Assembly (NCBI GenBank): GCA_965285935.1
Contig: OZ260662.1
Coordinates: 90,520,001-90,584,000 of the forward strand
Reading direction: 5' to 3'
Source of the DNA: Ophelia neglecta
Taxonomy: Eukaryota
DNA length: 64,000 bases
The notes under the pieces are model-generated. The model did no database searches. It was not told where the DNA came from and was given only the letters and a program-made list of their open reading frames with translations. Shown piece by piece: positions 1 through 13,200 of the stretch (position 1 is its first letter; the number at the start of each line of letters is the position of its first letter). The translations under genes and the position numbers were made by a program.

Positions 1-2099
1 GATGGGCATCTTACAAATACGGGCATTTCTGAATTACGGTTCAATAATTCTAGTCCCGTCAAATTGTACACGTACAATATAGGAGTGGGTATCTAGGAAA
101 TGCGGGTATCACTCAATTCCGAATTAAGGGCACTTGTTTTGGACCCATTGGCCAATTTTATCCCAAAATGGCGATCATTTCCCCGGGTGTCTAAGTGTCT
201 TAGATCAGTAGACACCAATGTGCCGGAAAGTATCGTGCAGGCCGACCTGGCTACGCCACGAAGTACACAACGTTATCATGTACACTATGAAATGGAAAGA
301 ACGAGCTCGATAACGAGTTAAGATTAAAACACCAATACTAATTATACAGGTATATCATTTGATATAGATTGGCGCCCAAACAAGGCTTGTTATAATGACA
401 TTTAGGTCTAACCTGACCTATAATTCAATTAACTCCTTTGTTCATGTTCTCGACCTCTTTTAATCGTCCAATCGATTTAATGCTCGGAAATGGGAGCTTT
501 CTGTTCTTATAATCTGCCAAAAGAAACTGACTACTAATCATTTTAGTCCTTTATTCAAGAAGGGATTCTATTTAGCTTTAATCCGTTGGTTTTTTTACCC
601 AAATTCAGCATGAGTGTAGTCTTTGGTTTTCGAAGATGAATTTCTGAGAATCTAAAGAAAATGGTCTCAAGAAACTATTTTCCGATGTACGGCAGCAAAT
701 GGTTTCTGAAAACCTTTTCTGTATCCTTTCAGAATTGCTTTACCGAAATCCGTTTACTGCAGCCTGTCAGAATGTGGTTTCCGGAAACCGTTTATTGCAG
801 CGTACCAGTATTTCGTTTACGGAAACCACTTTGATTTTACTTAACCTGTATTTATCTGTACCGTTGTGCTTAAATCGTAATAGATCTAAAGAAATATTTA
901 ATAGTATCAATTTAAATTGATTTTAGAACCCATTTTTATGTTTTTGGAAAAAAGGTTCAAATTCACAGGAAAGATATATTTAAAAGAAACTTTAACGAAA
1001 AAAAGCAAATTCCATAGAAATGCAATAAAAATAACCTTGTGTAGTTTATGGTGAGTAAAAATGTCAATAAACAGTGTCATTTTTAAGTTTTTAAGTTGCC
1101 ACTTTAAAAAAAAGCCAATAGTGTTAATTGTGCGGTAAATAACTGTTTTCATGAACGCATGATCTGCCAAGCAGCTTTCCCCCATCTGCCTCTATATAAT
1201 AAAAATTGCGGTTTCCCCATCACCGGTCAAAGATACTAATAGTTTATATTGTCCACTAGTTTTCGATGATACAGATATCCAAACACGTCCCACCTCGTCG
1301 TTCTACAGCTGAGCGGGATGAAGTGGCCAAACTCTGTTCTTCATATGAGAGCTTTATGCTGTGTGCGGCCTTTCATTCTCTTAACTGAGCGATGGGAAGC
1401 ATTTTTGATACTCTCCTTCCGGCTTTTCGCTCATGTTCATAGAGCGCTCGACGCTCCATATAAGAAGCACCTTTTTACGATCTGCCTCTGTATCTGCCCG
1501 TGCACGCAACTATATCAAACAAAAAACGATTGGGATGCAGTAAACTACAGTTGTAATATACATTTTGCATTGCAGGTTAGTGTTGCTTTCAATTTTTTCT
1601 TAATCTGGCGTGTTTTACCCTGGAAATAAATTTTCACCTATGTTGATATTGTTAATGGAAATTTCTTAATTTAAGCTAGTAGAAATACGTCGCAGGTAAA
1701 TGTTATGTAATGTGCGTTTAGCGAAGTGAGATTACCGCCTTTTATACGAGCATACACCATCATAAATATGTGAATGGTATTTTATGCCAAAGGTTGATAT
1801 CAAGAGATACCTCTCACATTGCAGATCATTTAAGGTGTTTATCTACATAGAAAAAATCCTTACTCACATTTTATAATATGTCTAGTAGATGATGATTTAA
1901 TATCGGCCCTAAATGAACTTAATGTGGCCTCAACTGAATTGATCCACTGGGTGGTTATTCTTTGAAGTCGATTTTGAGGTTATTGCATATGTTGACGAAT
2001 TATACAAGACTTGTTTTGAGAAGTAATCAGCATTGAGAACATTATGTATTCGATATTATTAGAATCCTGAGAATTATTCGTGAAATATACTAATATAAT

Positions 2100-3110
2100 T
2101 TTGGGTCATTGCAGAAGGTATTCGAGAATCATTTGAAGTAGAAATTGATATTTTTCCTTCATTGAAATCCTGGTTAGCATTGGCTCAATATTGTGCATAC
2201 ATCAGATCAAAAATATCCCATTTCAAGGGCAATCATTGTTGGGAGGATATTCACACCATAAATTCGTGATTCCATACATTTGCAAGGCGCCAAAAAGATA
2301 GAAAATGTATTTTACTCAATCACAAAGTTATTGCTATAGCCAAACTCATTCTCAACAAATTACCTCCAAATCTGTTTCCATTTATTGAAGCTTTGTCTGG
2401 TCCCCATCTTCAATTGTCAACTTATATCGATGCTCAAAAGCACAGTTTCCCCCAATTTGTTTTTAACCAAAGGTTCGTGGGTGCAACCGGGTAAAGTTTT
2501 GTCAAGGGATAGTTACCAACGTTTAGAAGACGTACATTGTGCATTGTTTGCAGGCATTGCACATCTTAACGTCCTAGGCATACTCTCTGTGCAGAAAAAC
2601 GAAGAGCTAGGTGACCAAGAGTTCCTTCATTATTTCTTGTGGCGCATGACATACGTAACGGGGGTCAACAGCATTAGGCATGACAGACATTGGTTTTTCT
2701 CTCTGGTTTGGAATCAAATGGCCATTAATACTCTTCCATGCCTTTGCTAATTCAGGAGAAAAGCAGCTGCCGCGCACAACAATATTTATCCACAAAATAT
2801 TATCACTCATATAAAATTGCATTCTTACACCAAGGGTCAGTTCACAATATGTTATGTACCACGCGCAGGAAGGATTACGCGAATCACATTGAAGGGCATA
2901 AGTCATTGTTCTTGCCATCATGTCAGAAAGCCATTTGCAATTTCGAGCTGACTTGCAGATGTGGTATTAAGATCCCTTTGCGCACACACGACTCATTATA
3001 TCAGACTATAACACTTCTGTAGGCCACTGGCCAACCCTTGGGATCAGCGCCCATGATGCCACATTAAATGGGTTCCCTGATTTATATTCCCAGTGTCAGG
3101 CACATTTTCA
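2100..3110 (-). mobile_element. Degenerate Gypsy/Ty3 LTR-retrotransposon pol (RNaseH end to integrase) remnant inside the long intron of pseudogene A
   Basis: Minus-strand fragments in pol order: EYKSG..AD..LP (RNaseH end), MRH..IMKEL.GHL and DVKMCNACKQC (HHCC zinc finger), WGKL..IDI (start of integrase core). Frameshifted and stop-ridden; boundaries approximate. Confidence 0.55.
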
Positions 3111-6100
3111 TGACTTAATGTCAGAAAGTAAGAATGTTTGTCTCCGAGAGTGGTCATAATTTATTATGATTTACTGTGGTTCCTAAAACGTAATGGGGCT
3201 ATATGCACGGAAACACATTAGTCACGTGTGCAGGCAATAAGGTAAAAGAAGGCAAACGTTTGATTGGGGTAATTGGCATGAAGTTGTCATGAATAACTTC
3301 CATCCTGACTGTCCAAAGAACATTAAGCCAGTATGTATGTGTTTGTGTGTGTGTGAGAGTTTGTTTTTCATTTTTGTTTGTGTACACACGATTGCTAAGT
3401 TGTGTAAAATCAGTCTGGAACACATTATATGTGTAAATAATGATATATTATTATGCCCATTTGCAACTCGCAATATAAATCAACTCTTAAATAAATTGGT
3501 AGATGTAAGCACGGGTGTTCACAAACATAAAAAAACCGCCATCAGGAATATCATATTTTCTTAATGATTTAATCTACTAAAATATGTAAAGATTAATTGG
3601 TTTAGATTGAATTCTAAGAGTAGAGGGAGATCAAGCGTTTTAACTGGCCCCTGGGAAGAACAACTATTAGCAGACAGGGCTACCCAGAATAAATAAATTT
3701 CAATAAATAATATAAATACAAAAAAAATGTTTGTAATCTTTTAGCGGTACATCCATTTTCATTGTATATGTCAGATAACATAATATAACAAAAATACTAG
3801 TTTATAGTTATATTGAAAGGTGTATAGTTTGTTCAGGTCTTGTCATTTTATATCATGTTGTATAAATAAATACAGACCCAAACTGAGAGCGAAAGCAAAG
3901 AACATCTTCATCCCTTTATCTAAAAGGGATCACCATTTCTTAAAGTGTGTTTCTTACAGTGTACTGTACAGTCTCCACCACATTCTGTTGCATCTATATC
4001 AATGGTTTATACAGGACATTACGTTGTATTAAGTTTAAGCAGTGCAAACTACTAATTTGATCATGGCTCCTTTACCGTTTCTTCATCATATTTTTACAAA
4101 TATCATATACTAAGCAGTCCCGTAAAATCACTTTATCGTGGCTGCTTTCGTTTATCAAGGTATCGGTTATATGAATAACTTTTGATAGAAACATCGCAAT
4201 TAATATTTATTACATGCGATTAACGATGCATATTAAAAAAGTGTATGCAAATCAGTAGAAAATTTCTGCATGTGCCCTGGTATCTAATTGAGCAATCAGA
4301 CAAACACTGTGCACCAAATTTGGTTTCATATTTATTACAATTTCATATTCATTGGGCCTGTTTATGCCCTGTCACGTTTTTCTTAGATCTCGACTGATGA
4401 ATGGAGATAGAATTGTCATCTCTGCTTGGAAGCTGGAGTTGTGTTACATCTAATCTTCACATTATTTACATAAAACAATTCGAGTAAGTTGTCTTTCAAT
4501 GTTCTAAAATGAAAGCCCTCTAAGAAGCAATTATCTGAATGAATCATTGTTGTCAAATCAATACAACAGGCATTTGTCGTGATTTGATTATAAACATGGA
4601 ATTTTTGTATTCACTCAATTATACTGTCCTTTATTTGACATGCAATAGACAGTTAAAGTTCTGTGCATTAAGCGTCCTTTATGTTGTCATAATTGGGCTT
4701 ATCATATTTAAGATCCATTCACCAAGTGCTTATTTGCTAAAGCTGAGAGGCAAAAGTAAATTCATAACAATGAGAAGATCTGAATAAACATTGGTTTCCA
4801 GTGTATAGCATCTATAACTGATTTGCGAAGTATATGTTTACAAATTGCAAATCAACATTGTCTGATTGCACTGTATGAACACTATTCCATTTCTAGGAAC
4901 ATTCATGTGGGTTTTGCGAAATGATATGATTCCATTCTGTGTCCCATGATTCGACACAAATATACTTCTTTAAGGTGGTTTAACGGTCTACATATTCGTT
5001 CTCCTATTTCTTATCTGCGTGTTTGGATATTTATAGGACTTGTTTGAATATTTATAGGACGGTTTGTCGCAGAGAGCTAAAACCGCAAATCTGTATATGA
5101 TGTGTGCTCACCATATCCTTCTATTATAATGACACAGATGGATCTCAAATAAAATATTTGGTATGTTAAGGAGAGTTCTCATTCATGGCAGCAGTTATTC
5201 AGACCTGAACGGATTGGAACATAACTGATATGATAGATAAGCACATACTGCGTAAAGAATTAGGGAAAAGCGCCTTTCGTATAAATCACGCGTCACACGT
5301 AAGATAATGGATAAGGTTACATTATAGTGTATTCAATGTTCTTAGCTTCAATGATTGATAGAGTTCACTTTGAATTCATTTAATTAAAAATTAGCTAAAA
5401 TACACATCATTTTCCTTAAGGGGCCCCCTTCGGTGGAACTTGGTAATACATCGGGCACAAAGGCGCATTTTAGCTTTATTTAAAAAGAATATGATATATA
5501 TGGCATGATAGCAAAGCCCGAAGGCATACGCCGCACGCTTGGGATACACAGTTGATTTACCGCAGCCCCCTTACCCATCTGACGTATTTATGCCACTGAT
5601 GTGCTTTTGCGATATGTAATGGGGGTTTACAAAATGAAACCACCAAGGAATTCAATTTCGTATTTATATGGGGACGTGCCGTAGAAGAATGATGTGGTCT
5701 ATCCTATAAATTCCCCGAGGGTTGCGTAGACTATCATTTGCAGGAAACATATCGCCTATGGTACGATTAGTTAATCAAAACATGGCTGAGTAAGGATTGG
5801 TTGTCCTCCATTGTTTCCATTTATGACATTCTTTTATGCAGCTTAAGCATGTTACCCATGATTCTTCCCATTTTTTGTTTGCTGTTTCAACAGGGTTTCC
5901 GTTTAAAGGACTTCAATTCTGAGAGTCGTCTTATCTGAACTGTGACGGACAGCCAAGGTGACAAGATATTTGACTTAAAGTGAATGCGCTTATGTAATTA
6001 ATTTCCCAGACAATATATATTGGAACAGTTTTAAAGCAATCATTTGAAGTATTCTTATTAATCTATTTATGAATATTTCAATTATTATTAGAAAGCTAAC

Positions 6101-6550
6101 ATTCACTTGATAATCAAACCGTATATTGGAGAGGCGTACATGCATCCATTGAACACCAGTCACAAAAACATTTGCCATAAAAATGGGCTTGTTTCAGCAG
6201 CTTTGTATAAACAAAAACAATATTTGAAGAGCGGTGTGAGGTACAAAGTATTTTTACTTGTGAGCGATGCATCAATGTCAAGCTTCAGAAACTATCATAA
6301 GGTTTACGTTCTCGGGCAAATTAAGGGTGGTCTCTTGATCCCCTAAGTTCTTGTGCGCTGCCATACTGTACTGGGCACCCTTCTAAAACAACACAAGGTC
6401 TTACAGCTATTATCAATCAACTGTGGAAAACGTGTCTGCCTTTTTAACGGATATTGGAACTTGCGTGTTTCACTGTTACAATGAACATGTTGAACCGCAT
6501 ATTGAACTTTTTTCTATTAGCAAATATATTAGAAGGCATCTAAGCTGAAA

Positions 6551-7623
6551 TATCGAATACCTGTACTTATTCTTTTATGTTATTTTATTGAATTTGCCCT
6601 ATTTCTTCTTGTGATGTGTCTTTTTTTAACGTGGTCGGTTTATATCTGTTATGGAACAGTCTAAAAGCAAAATGGGTCCAATATGCAAGGTGTTAAACAA
6701 ACAACTCATACATTAGCACCAGCGTTTCCAATTTTGCATTAATGTGAGCTTTGAATAATGCACGGATTGATTATCTCCCTCGGTGCAAAATTCAGATTAA
6801 ATGAAACATGATATTACATAAACACTTGTAAAACACACATTTATGTGTTACAATACACCCCTTCTAAATAACTCAGGTGGAAATATATCCTATCGACTCT
6901 TGTATGGTGGGATTTTACAAGTATATTATTTCCCATATACTTAACTGTCAAGTCCAAAAACTGCACGGCTTATAAGACTGCCGTGTTACTTATATTATGT
7001 TAACATAATTTAATGAAAGCCAGTTCGATGCATTTCACCTCAACATAGAGATTTCACTTACAGGTTTGTTTGGAATATTCTAATTTACGGGAAGTGCATC
7101 ATTTATCGGGCTGTCTAAAATAGACTCCAAGTAAAACCTGTTTATCTCAAATTGATCTGATAATTAATGTAAACGCAATCTGCTTATGGATAAAAAGCGT
7201 AAAACACGGGGGTGTATACTTGGCAGACAAAGCAAATTTACGAATAACGAAAAGTCAATTAAGTCAGTCCACAATAATTAGGAGCCAGCAGCCACAAGCC
7301 CACATACACCAGGTATAAACTATTCCCTTTAAGTTTTAATTGAATCATTAGGGCTTCATACACGGCATGTTAATAAAAGACCGAGATTCAGCAAATGTGC
7401 GTGTTAAATTATTTCTTTCAGTTTGTACCAGAGCCATTAGATCCTACTCGTTATATGTAGGCGGATTACTTAGATTAACAGATTATCGAATACCTGTACT
7501 TATTCTTTTATGTTATTTTATTAGATTTGCCCTATTTGTCCTGGTGATGTGTTTTTTTTTAACGTGGACGGTTTATATCTGTTATGGAACAGTCTAAAAC
7601 CAAAATGGGTCCAATATGCAAGG
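6551..7623 (+). repeat. Pair of 140-bp near-identical direct repeats (6551-6690 and 7484-7623) separated by 793 bp
   Basis: tatcgaatacctgtacttattcttttatg...atgggtccaatatgcaagg occurs twice with only scattered substitutions. Confidence 0.92.
7215..7315 (-). repeat. Dispersed repeat family member (reverse orientation)
   Basis: Reverse complement reads ggtgtatgtgggcttgtggctgctggctcct..tttgctttgtctgcc, matching 16030-16135 and 17288-17400. Confidence 0.7.
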
Positions 7624-7719
7624 CCAACATATTACAAACCCTAGAAATAAATTATATGCAAAGACACTTTACTGGAACAGACAGTTCACATTAAATTCAT
7701 AAATAAATTTAGTGATCGG

Positions 7720-7766
7720 TCATTGAATGAGGAGGATGTAGTTCATTGAATGAGGACGATGTAGTT
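7720..7766. repeat. 23-bp tandem duplication
   Basis: tcattgaatgagga(g/c)gatgtagt occurs twice. Confidence 0.85.
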
Positions 7767-10159
7767 GAACCTTGGCGTAAAATTTGCTTAACGTTTAGCT
7801 AAAAATATATCTTCGGACACGCGTATCGTAATCTTGCTTTACATGGGACAAAAAGATTAAAGGGACGATAACTGTATGTAGATTTGACGAAGTACGTGCA
7901 ATGAATAATAGTGCTCAAATTGTAATTTACCACTTTGTTTAACATTAAATACAATGGTAATTAGAAATAAATATATTGTGTTTGCATTGATTGAGCAATA
8001 TTGCTTGCCTCGCTTTCGTCCAATATATGAATGGCGTTGGAAAAGAGGATTTCGTAAGTAAAAACGCCATATTTATAGAGAATTAAATACTACGATACAT
8101 TCAGACTGAGATCCTAAACGCCCTAGGCAGCCCGATTGTTAAACGAAATAGATAGATCCAGAGCAAATAGGCAAAACATCCATAGGTGGCAAATGCTGTC
8201 AATGTGAGTGTCATCGACCGTGGAGTCTTTTGTTTCAGTCTTTTGAAACTATTGCAGTAGCAAAAATGTATGTTTCGCTAGTGTAGGCGTCAGAATTATT
8301 TATGATTCTGCTCCTATCGATCTCAAAAGGTTACCGGGAAAAGCAAAACTTGTGAACGGGCAAAAGTGGAAGGTTGTCTCCCTCGCTTGCATAGGAAAAA
8401 GTCAATGGTCTCGAACAAACCATCCTGAGTTTATTATCAATTCTCTTGAAGTCGTATGATATAAAAAAAATTATTATTGCAGCTCCATACTGGCAACGGT
8501 GTTGAAGCTTTGGTAAATGAGTCTACCCATCACAAATTAGGTTCATTCCTAATGATTTCCTAATTATATCATGGCAACTGTAGCAGAATCTGTGTACTGT
8601 GGTTTGGTCGTTCTTAAACGCATGTCTTTCAATAATCTATGTAAAACCATTTGTTCAACTTTGCTGTTTCCGATGCTTTTAGGGCATTTTAATATCATAT
8701 GATTTATGTGTTATTTTGGAAAATTATGAAATTAATTGATTCTCTTGTTACAGCCAATTATTACAATTTATTTTTGATATATCCCGGCACCAATGCGATA
8801 TGCATTTAACGCGAATTAATATTATTAGAGATTTTTTTAGCCATTATAGTCGTGCTCGTTTCTGAAGGGTTTCCTGGAATTTTCTGGAAGTTTCCTGAAA
8901 TTTCACCGTTGTATGTGTTTGTCGGATGTAATTTCGTGGAAACCTGGCAGAAACGTCAAAACCCCTGGTCAGACTGCATCAGAAACCATCAGCTGCGGAA
9001 CCCCAAACAACAATCCCCAGTTGTATAGCTGTAAATTGGCCGGGTACCTAATTTAATGGAACATATAAAGCAAAAATATACTACTTACAAGGAGTGTTGT
9101 CATCATGTTTTCTGATGCAAGTCACCAATGACAGTTTGCACGTAGGCTCTTCACATTTTTTGGATATGAAAGTAAGGTACTGACTCTGATTGAAACAGAA
9201 TCATAAAGTAAGCGTTGTGGAAAGATTATCTATAGCGCCAAAATATGAATTTTCAGTCGCAGCATTCCTCTCGTCTTTAAGGTACAATTTGAAATCACCT
9301 TGTATTAGAAATGTCCTCATTGTCGACTGGGTGATCGGCGAACAGACTGCTGAAAGGAAATGGTTGTTTTGTGTGTTCTTATGTGATGAGTGCTTTGTAC
9401 AAAACATGCATTCATATCTAAAACTAATTTATGTACTTAATTTCGAAGGGTCTAGAAGCAAGTTAATATGCAAAAACTAATGAATATCTCAGTCGAACAA
9501 CAGAGAATCTGATTTATATGTGTGTACAGGAAAAAAAAAATTATGATTTTTTTTATGAGTTTTGGCAAAATGCATCATAGAACAGTTGCAATTGGCCAAA
9601 AACGAGTGAGTTAATTTCATTATTATTTGCTAATAGGGCAATGTCGGATATTTATTTATTACCTTTGTTCCTATGCATCACCTACAGTGTGTAATCAGTC
9701 ATGCGTGGTTTATAGCTTGTCACTTTTATATCATCTCTTCCCGGAAAAGAGATTCCATCGGCGCCTCGTTAACGCATCCAGCAATTTAGCATTGTGAATA
9801 ATGAATAGGCATCTGTCAACAAAGACAGTCGGATGGCATTAATAAGCACATGATTATTGTATCAATATAAGCCACTTGGGCTTTTAATTTTATATATGCA
9901 AGGGAAATGGGGATTATTGGTGAATCTTCATGGCCTTGGCAATCTGCATTACGTATACTTCTCCAATAAATTTTGATTTGATAAATTGTCATTTAATCAA
10001 AGAAAATCGGGTTAAACGGGGACATTTGGAGACCAACTGCGGGACCAGAACCTGGCCGACATCGGTCTGATATCGGGACCACACACCGGAAAAGTGTGAG
10101 TCTAGTTTCTGTAGCTTTTACAGGCTGTTTGTCATCGATCCGCTACTACGTAAGGATTA

Positions 10160-10250
10160 ATGGACAGTTTTCTGGGATACTCAGACGGATAAATAACGAG
10201 CAGCAAGCGAGTTATTAAATTCCGCTGGGTAGCCAATTAAATCGTCCATC
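10160..10250. repeat. Degenerate inverted repeat (foldback/MITE relic) in intron 10096-10385
   Basis: Arms atggacagtttt..gatactcagacggataaataac and gttattaaattccgctgggtagcc..cgtccat flank the spacer gagcagcaagcga. Confidence 0.6.
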
Positions 10251-13200
10251 GTTTCATGGATAAAGGTGTCGAAAACCATCATGTCCTATAATAATGTCCA
10301 TTGAACACTTTTGTTGCATATACCAATGACAAGCCCCAGAGCTTGTCATATAAATGCAATTAATTTTAATATTCCTCAAATTTAGCTCTAAGAATATAGC
10401 CCTGAAAATCGTTAATGAAAGGCTGCCAACTGCACCTGACCGGTTAGGGAAACCAAATAACTTCGCCGCCTTCCTATAGATAGTTTTTTTTAATGAAAAC
10501 GGCAGCGACTCTCATGGCTGCAATCTACTGAGTGTCGATATCGTGTATTTGTTCTTCACTCGGTTTCCTCCCGCACGGGAAACAGTCATTGCTCATTATC
10601 TGCTGAGCGTCTGGCTCTACGGTTTAAAAGGGCCAAATCACTTTACACACACACACATTGAGTTCCTCTTTAACCAATGTCAGATTGGCATGTACGCCAC
10701 TCTACAACGTGATACGGATAGCCACCTTCCAGACGACAGCTGTACAGTGATACGAACAAGCCGGCGGAAACCTAGTAAAATACCTATAGGTAAGCTGAAC
10801 TTTTCATGGCTACAATCTTCTAGATTATGCACGAATGTCCAATTTAACGCTTGGTTTCTTTGTCAAAAACTCCTTTACTGAATAATGCAATATAAGGGTA
10901 TTGATTCGATGCTTGGCAACAAATCTAGCCTACATTAATTAAGAAGTGCACAACTATTATGACTGCCATCCCGTTTTTGTTCGACTTAAGAACGAAATGT
11001 ATTTGATTTAATACATGAGTTGGTTTGGTTTCAATGGACTTGAGTCCAAAAGTTTTTTTCTGTAAACCTGACGTTCATCATTTCTGCTGAATTACGATGG
11101 CTTGCATGGATTGATACTTGAGTACTGATTTTAAATTGTCTGAACGGTTTTCATGTTATTGTTTTTTCATCTGAAATGTATCAACGTTAACAACAACCCG
11201 CCGCTTTTTATGTGCTTTTAATAAGCATTAAATTAAATTTGAAATATTTCAAACAATAAACTTTAATGATAAGAATAATGTCTACGTGCGCATTGAAAAC
11301 AGTGGAATACGACTTGAAAAAAGAGTATTGCGTTGCATTTAATTCACAGTTGACTCCTTGCATTAGCGATCAACAGAAGGAAGTAGCTAAGGGTTGAACA
11401 CTACTCGACTTCGGTCCTTGTGGAATCAATATCCCGCCCACATTAAATCCCAGAATGTTGCCGAAACTGTGATAAAGGGATTAGAAATTGCAATATTTCA
11501 TCAGACATTTCAACACTTTTTTATAGTCGACTTTTAGCAGGTTATTATTTCCTGCAAAGCGGTCTTAGAGCGATAAACAATAACCGAACTATTTCAGTCG
11601 GGTATCGGGAAATAATTTAATCAGGTAATTGAGCTCATTCGATGACATTGAAGAAGACGGCTAAATGTATTTAGTGTTAAATAAATAAGTAAATATATAT
11701 GTATACATTTATACATACAAACATATAAATTTATATATATTCTTGAAAAAGATGTATTATCGCCCCACTAGATTGCTTCGGGTCGGGGAATAAATTTTAC
11801 CGTGTGATTCTACACTTTGATTGTTTTTAGCTTTATTTATGGTGGTTCTATTTATGTATAATTATTGTTGATAAGTTGATAATGTGATATTAAAAACACT
11901 AGGATGCGAGTGTCTTTATTGGAGGAACGGTACCTCGTATGCACACTGAGAACACGAATCGTAAGCAAAATGTATTAAGAATATCCAACTCACGTATTCC
12001 ATGATCTGTGGTTGGAAATCTAACAGAAAAGTTAATAAATAGGTTCATATATGTATACCCTGCTGGAAATCTAAGCCTTACTTTATTTATGATATATGAT
12101 TCGGTAAAAAATATATGTCTATGCCTAGACATACATCCTCTGGACAAGTACATGTAAATAGCAATTCGGTATATATGTATTTTATTGGGTTGGACGCCAT
12201 ATCTCAGTAGAGGCTGGAAATACCTAATGATAATTTTCATCTGCGAATTTTAATTTACATATTTTTTCATTAAAGCATTATTAAAGTTTTAACCAGGAAC
12301 CAATTTTCTCATGGTGGACCGTGGCTAATGTTAAACTCAATGTTTCGTGATTTTAATTTACCTCAAGGGAAAATAGCCTTCCATTACCTGGGCGTATACA
12401 AGTCATTTCATAAATCATTTCCAGTCTCCTTAAATATAAATGATAAGGCGGGGATGTGAAAGCCCTATATTTATATTTGTTGGAATAAAGTAAGAAGGAA
12501 GTAAATGGTGTAACATTAATATCTGCAGCCTGGTCCTAGCAAATTACTCTAATCGACAGCTGAAAATATACAGATGGATAAGTTTTATCTTATGACCAGA
12601 AATCTTTCTTTCTGAATCAACAGAAATGTTCAATGTTTAACAATTGATTTGACCCTATTTGTCAAATGAAATATACCCATCCGCAGACAGTCTCAAGAGC
12701 AAGCCAATGTTAACGTGTTTCGGCTTGGTGTTTGAAGTGTATGCATGTATTACTTGTGTAGTTCCACATAGCTGTTGGGAGTGCGTATTGATATAACGTT
12801 TTAGCCGAGGTTTCAATTGGCAGTCTCGGCTCCATGTTGACTGTTTTATTTATTTCACTCTTTATTAACGGACATGTGTTTTATCTGCCCCTATTTCAAA
12901 TGGTCCATGGTGAGATTATTTTCACCTACTCCATTCTAGTTTCACAGCTGCACACTGATGTGTTCCACCTTGGCAGACGCAATTAATCCGAGTCACGTAC
13001 CTACTATTAATTTATTGGTGTGGCATGATACTTGCGACTGGCAATCTTTTTCTCTCTTGTCACCTACACCTGGATAGTTCTATTATGTCTGCCAATGATA
13101 TATTCAGATTTATGTTGCTGAGTTTTAGAAGGGGGGAGAGGAGGTATTGCTCGTCGTCTGAGAATCGTAGTCCCTTGTCGAAAAAAACAAGCAATTGGGT

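Larger units (their letters stand above)
1..10789 (+). pseudogene. Copper amine oxidase-like pseudogene, copy A (5' end off-window). Inferred exons <1-349, 547-~700, 1260-1575, 5894-5957, 6198-~6400, ~9750-10095, 10386-10789
   Basis: GT-AG-bounded blocks join in compatible phases and translate, with stops and frameshifts, to AOC-like motifs in order: NSSPVKLYTYNIG (N2); ILIIQ|SFIQEGILFSFNPL (cf. AOC1 WLIIQRYVEGYFLHP); HRALDAPY..RSTFL (cf. GIDCPETATFL); FCIA|GFPF (cf. FCVFE..GLPL); S|SFV*TKT..SGVRY..GGLLIP; GPHTGK|VSKNIALKI (cf. NKWGHPRGYRI). Blocks match copies B and C. Reference sequences recalled from memory. Confidence 0.7.
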
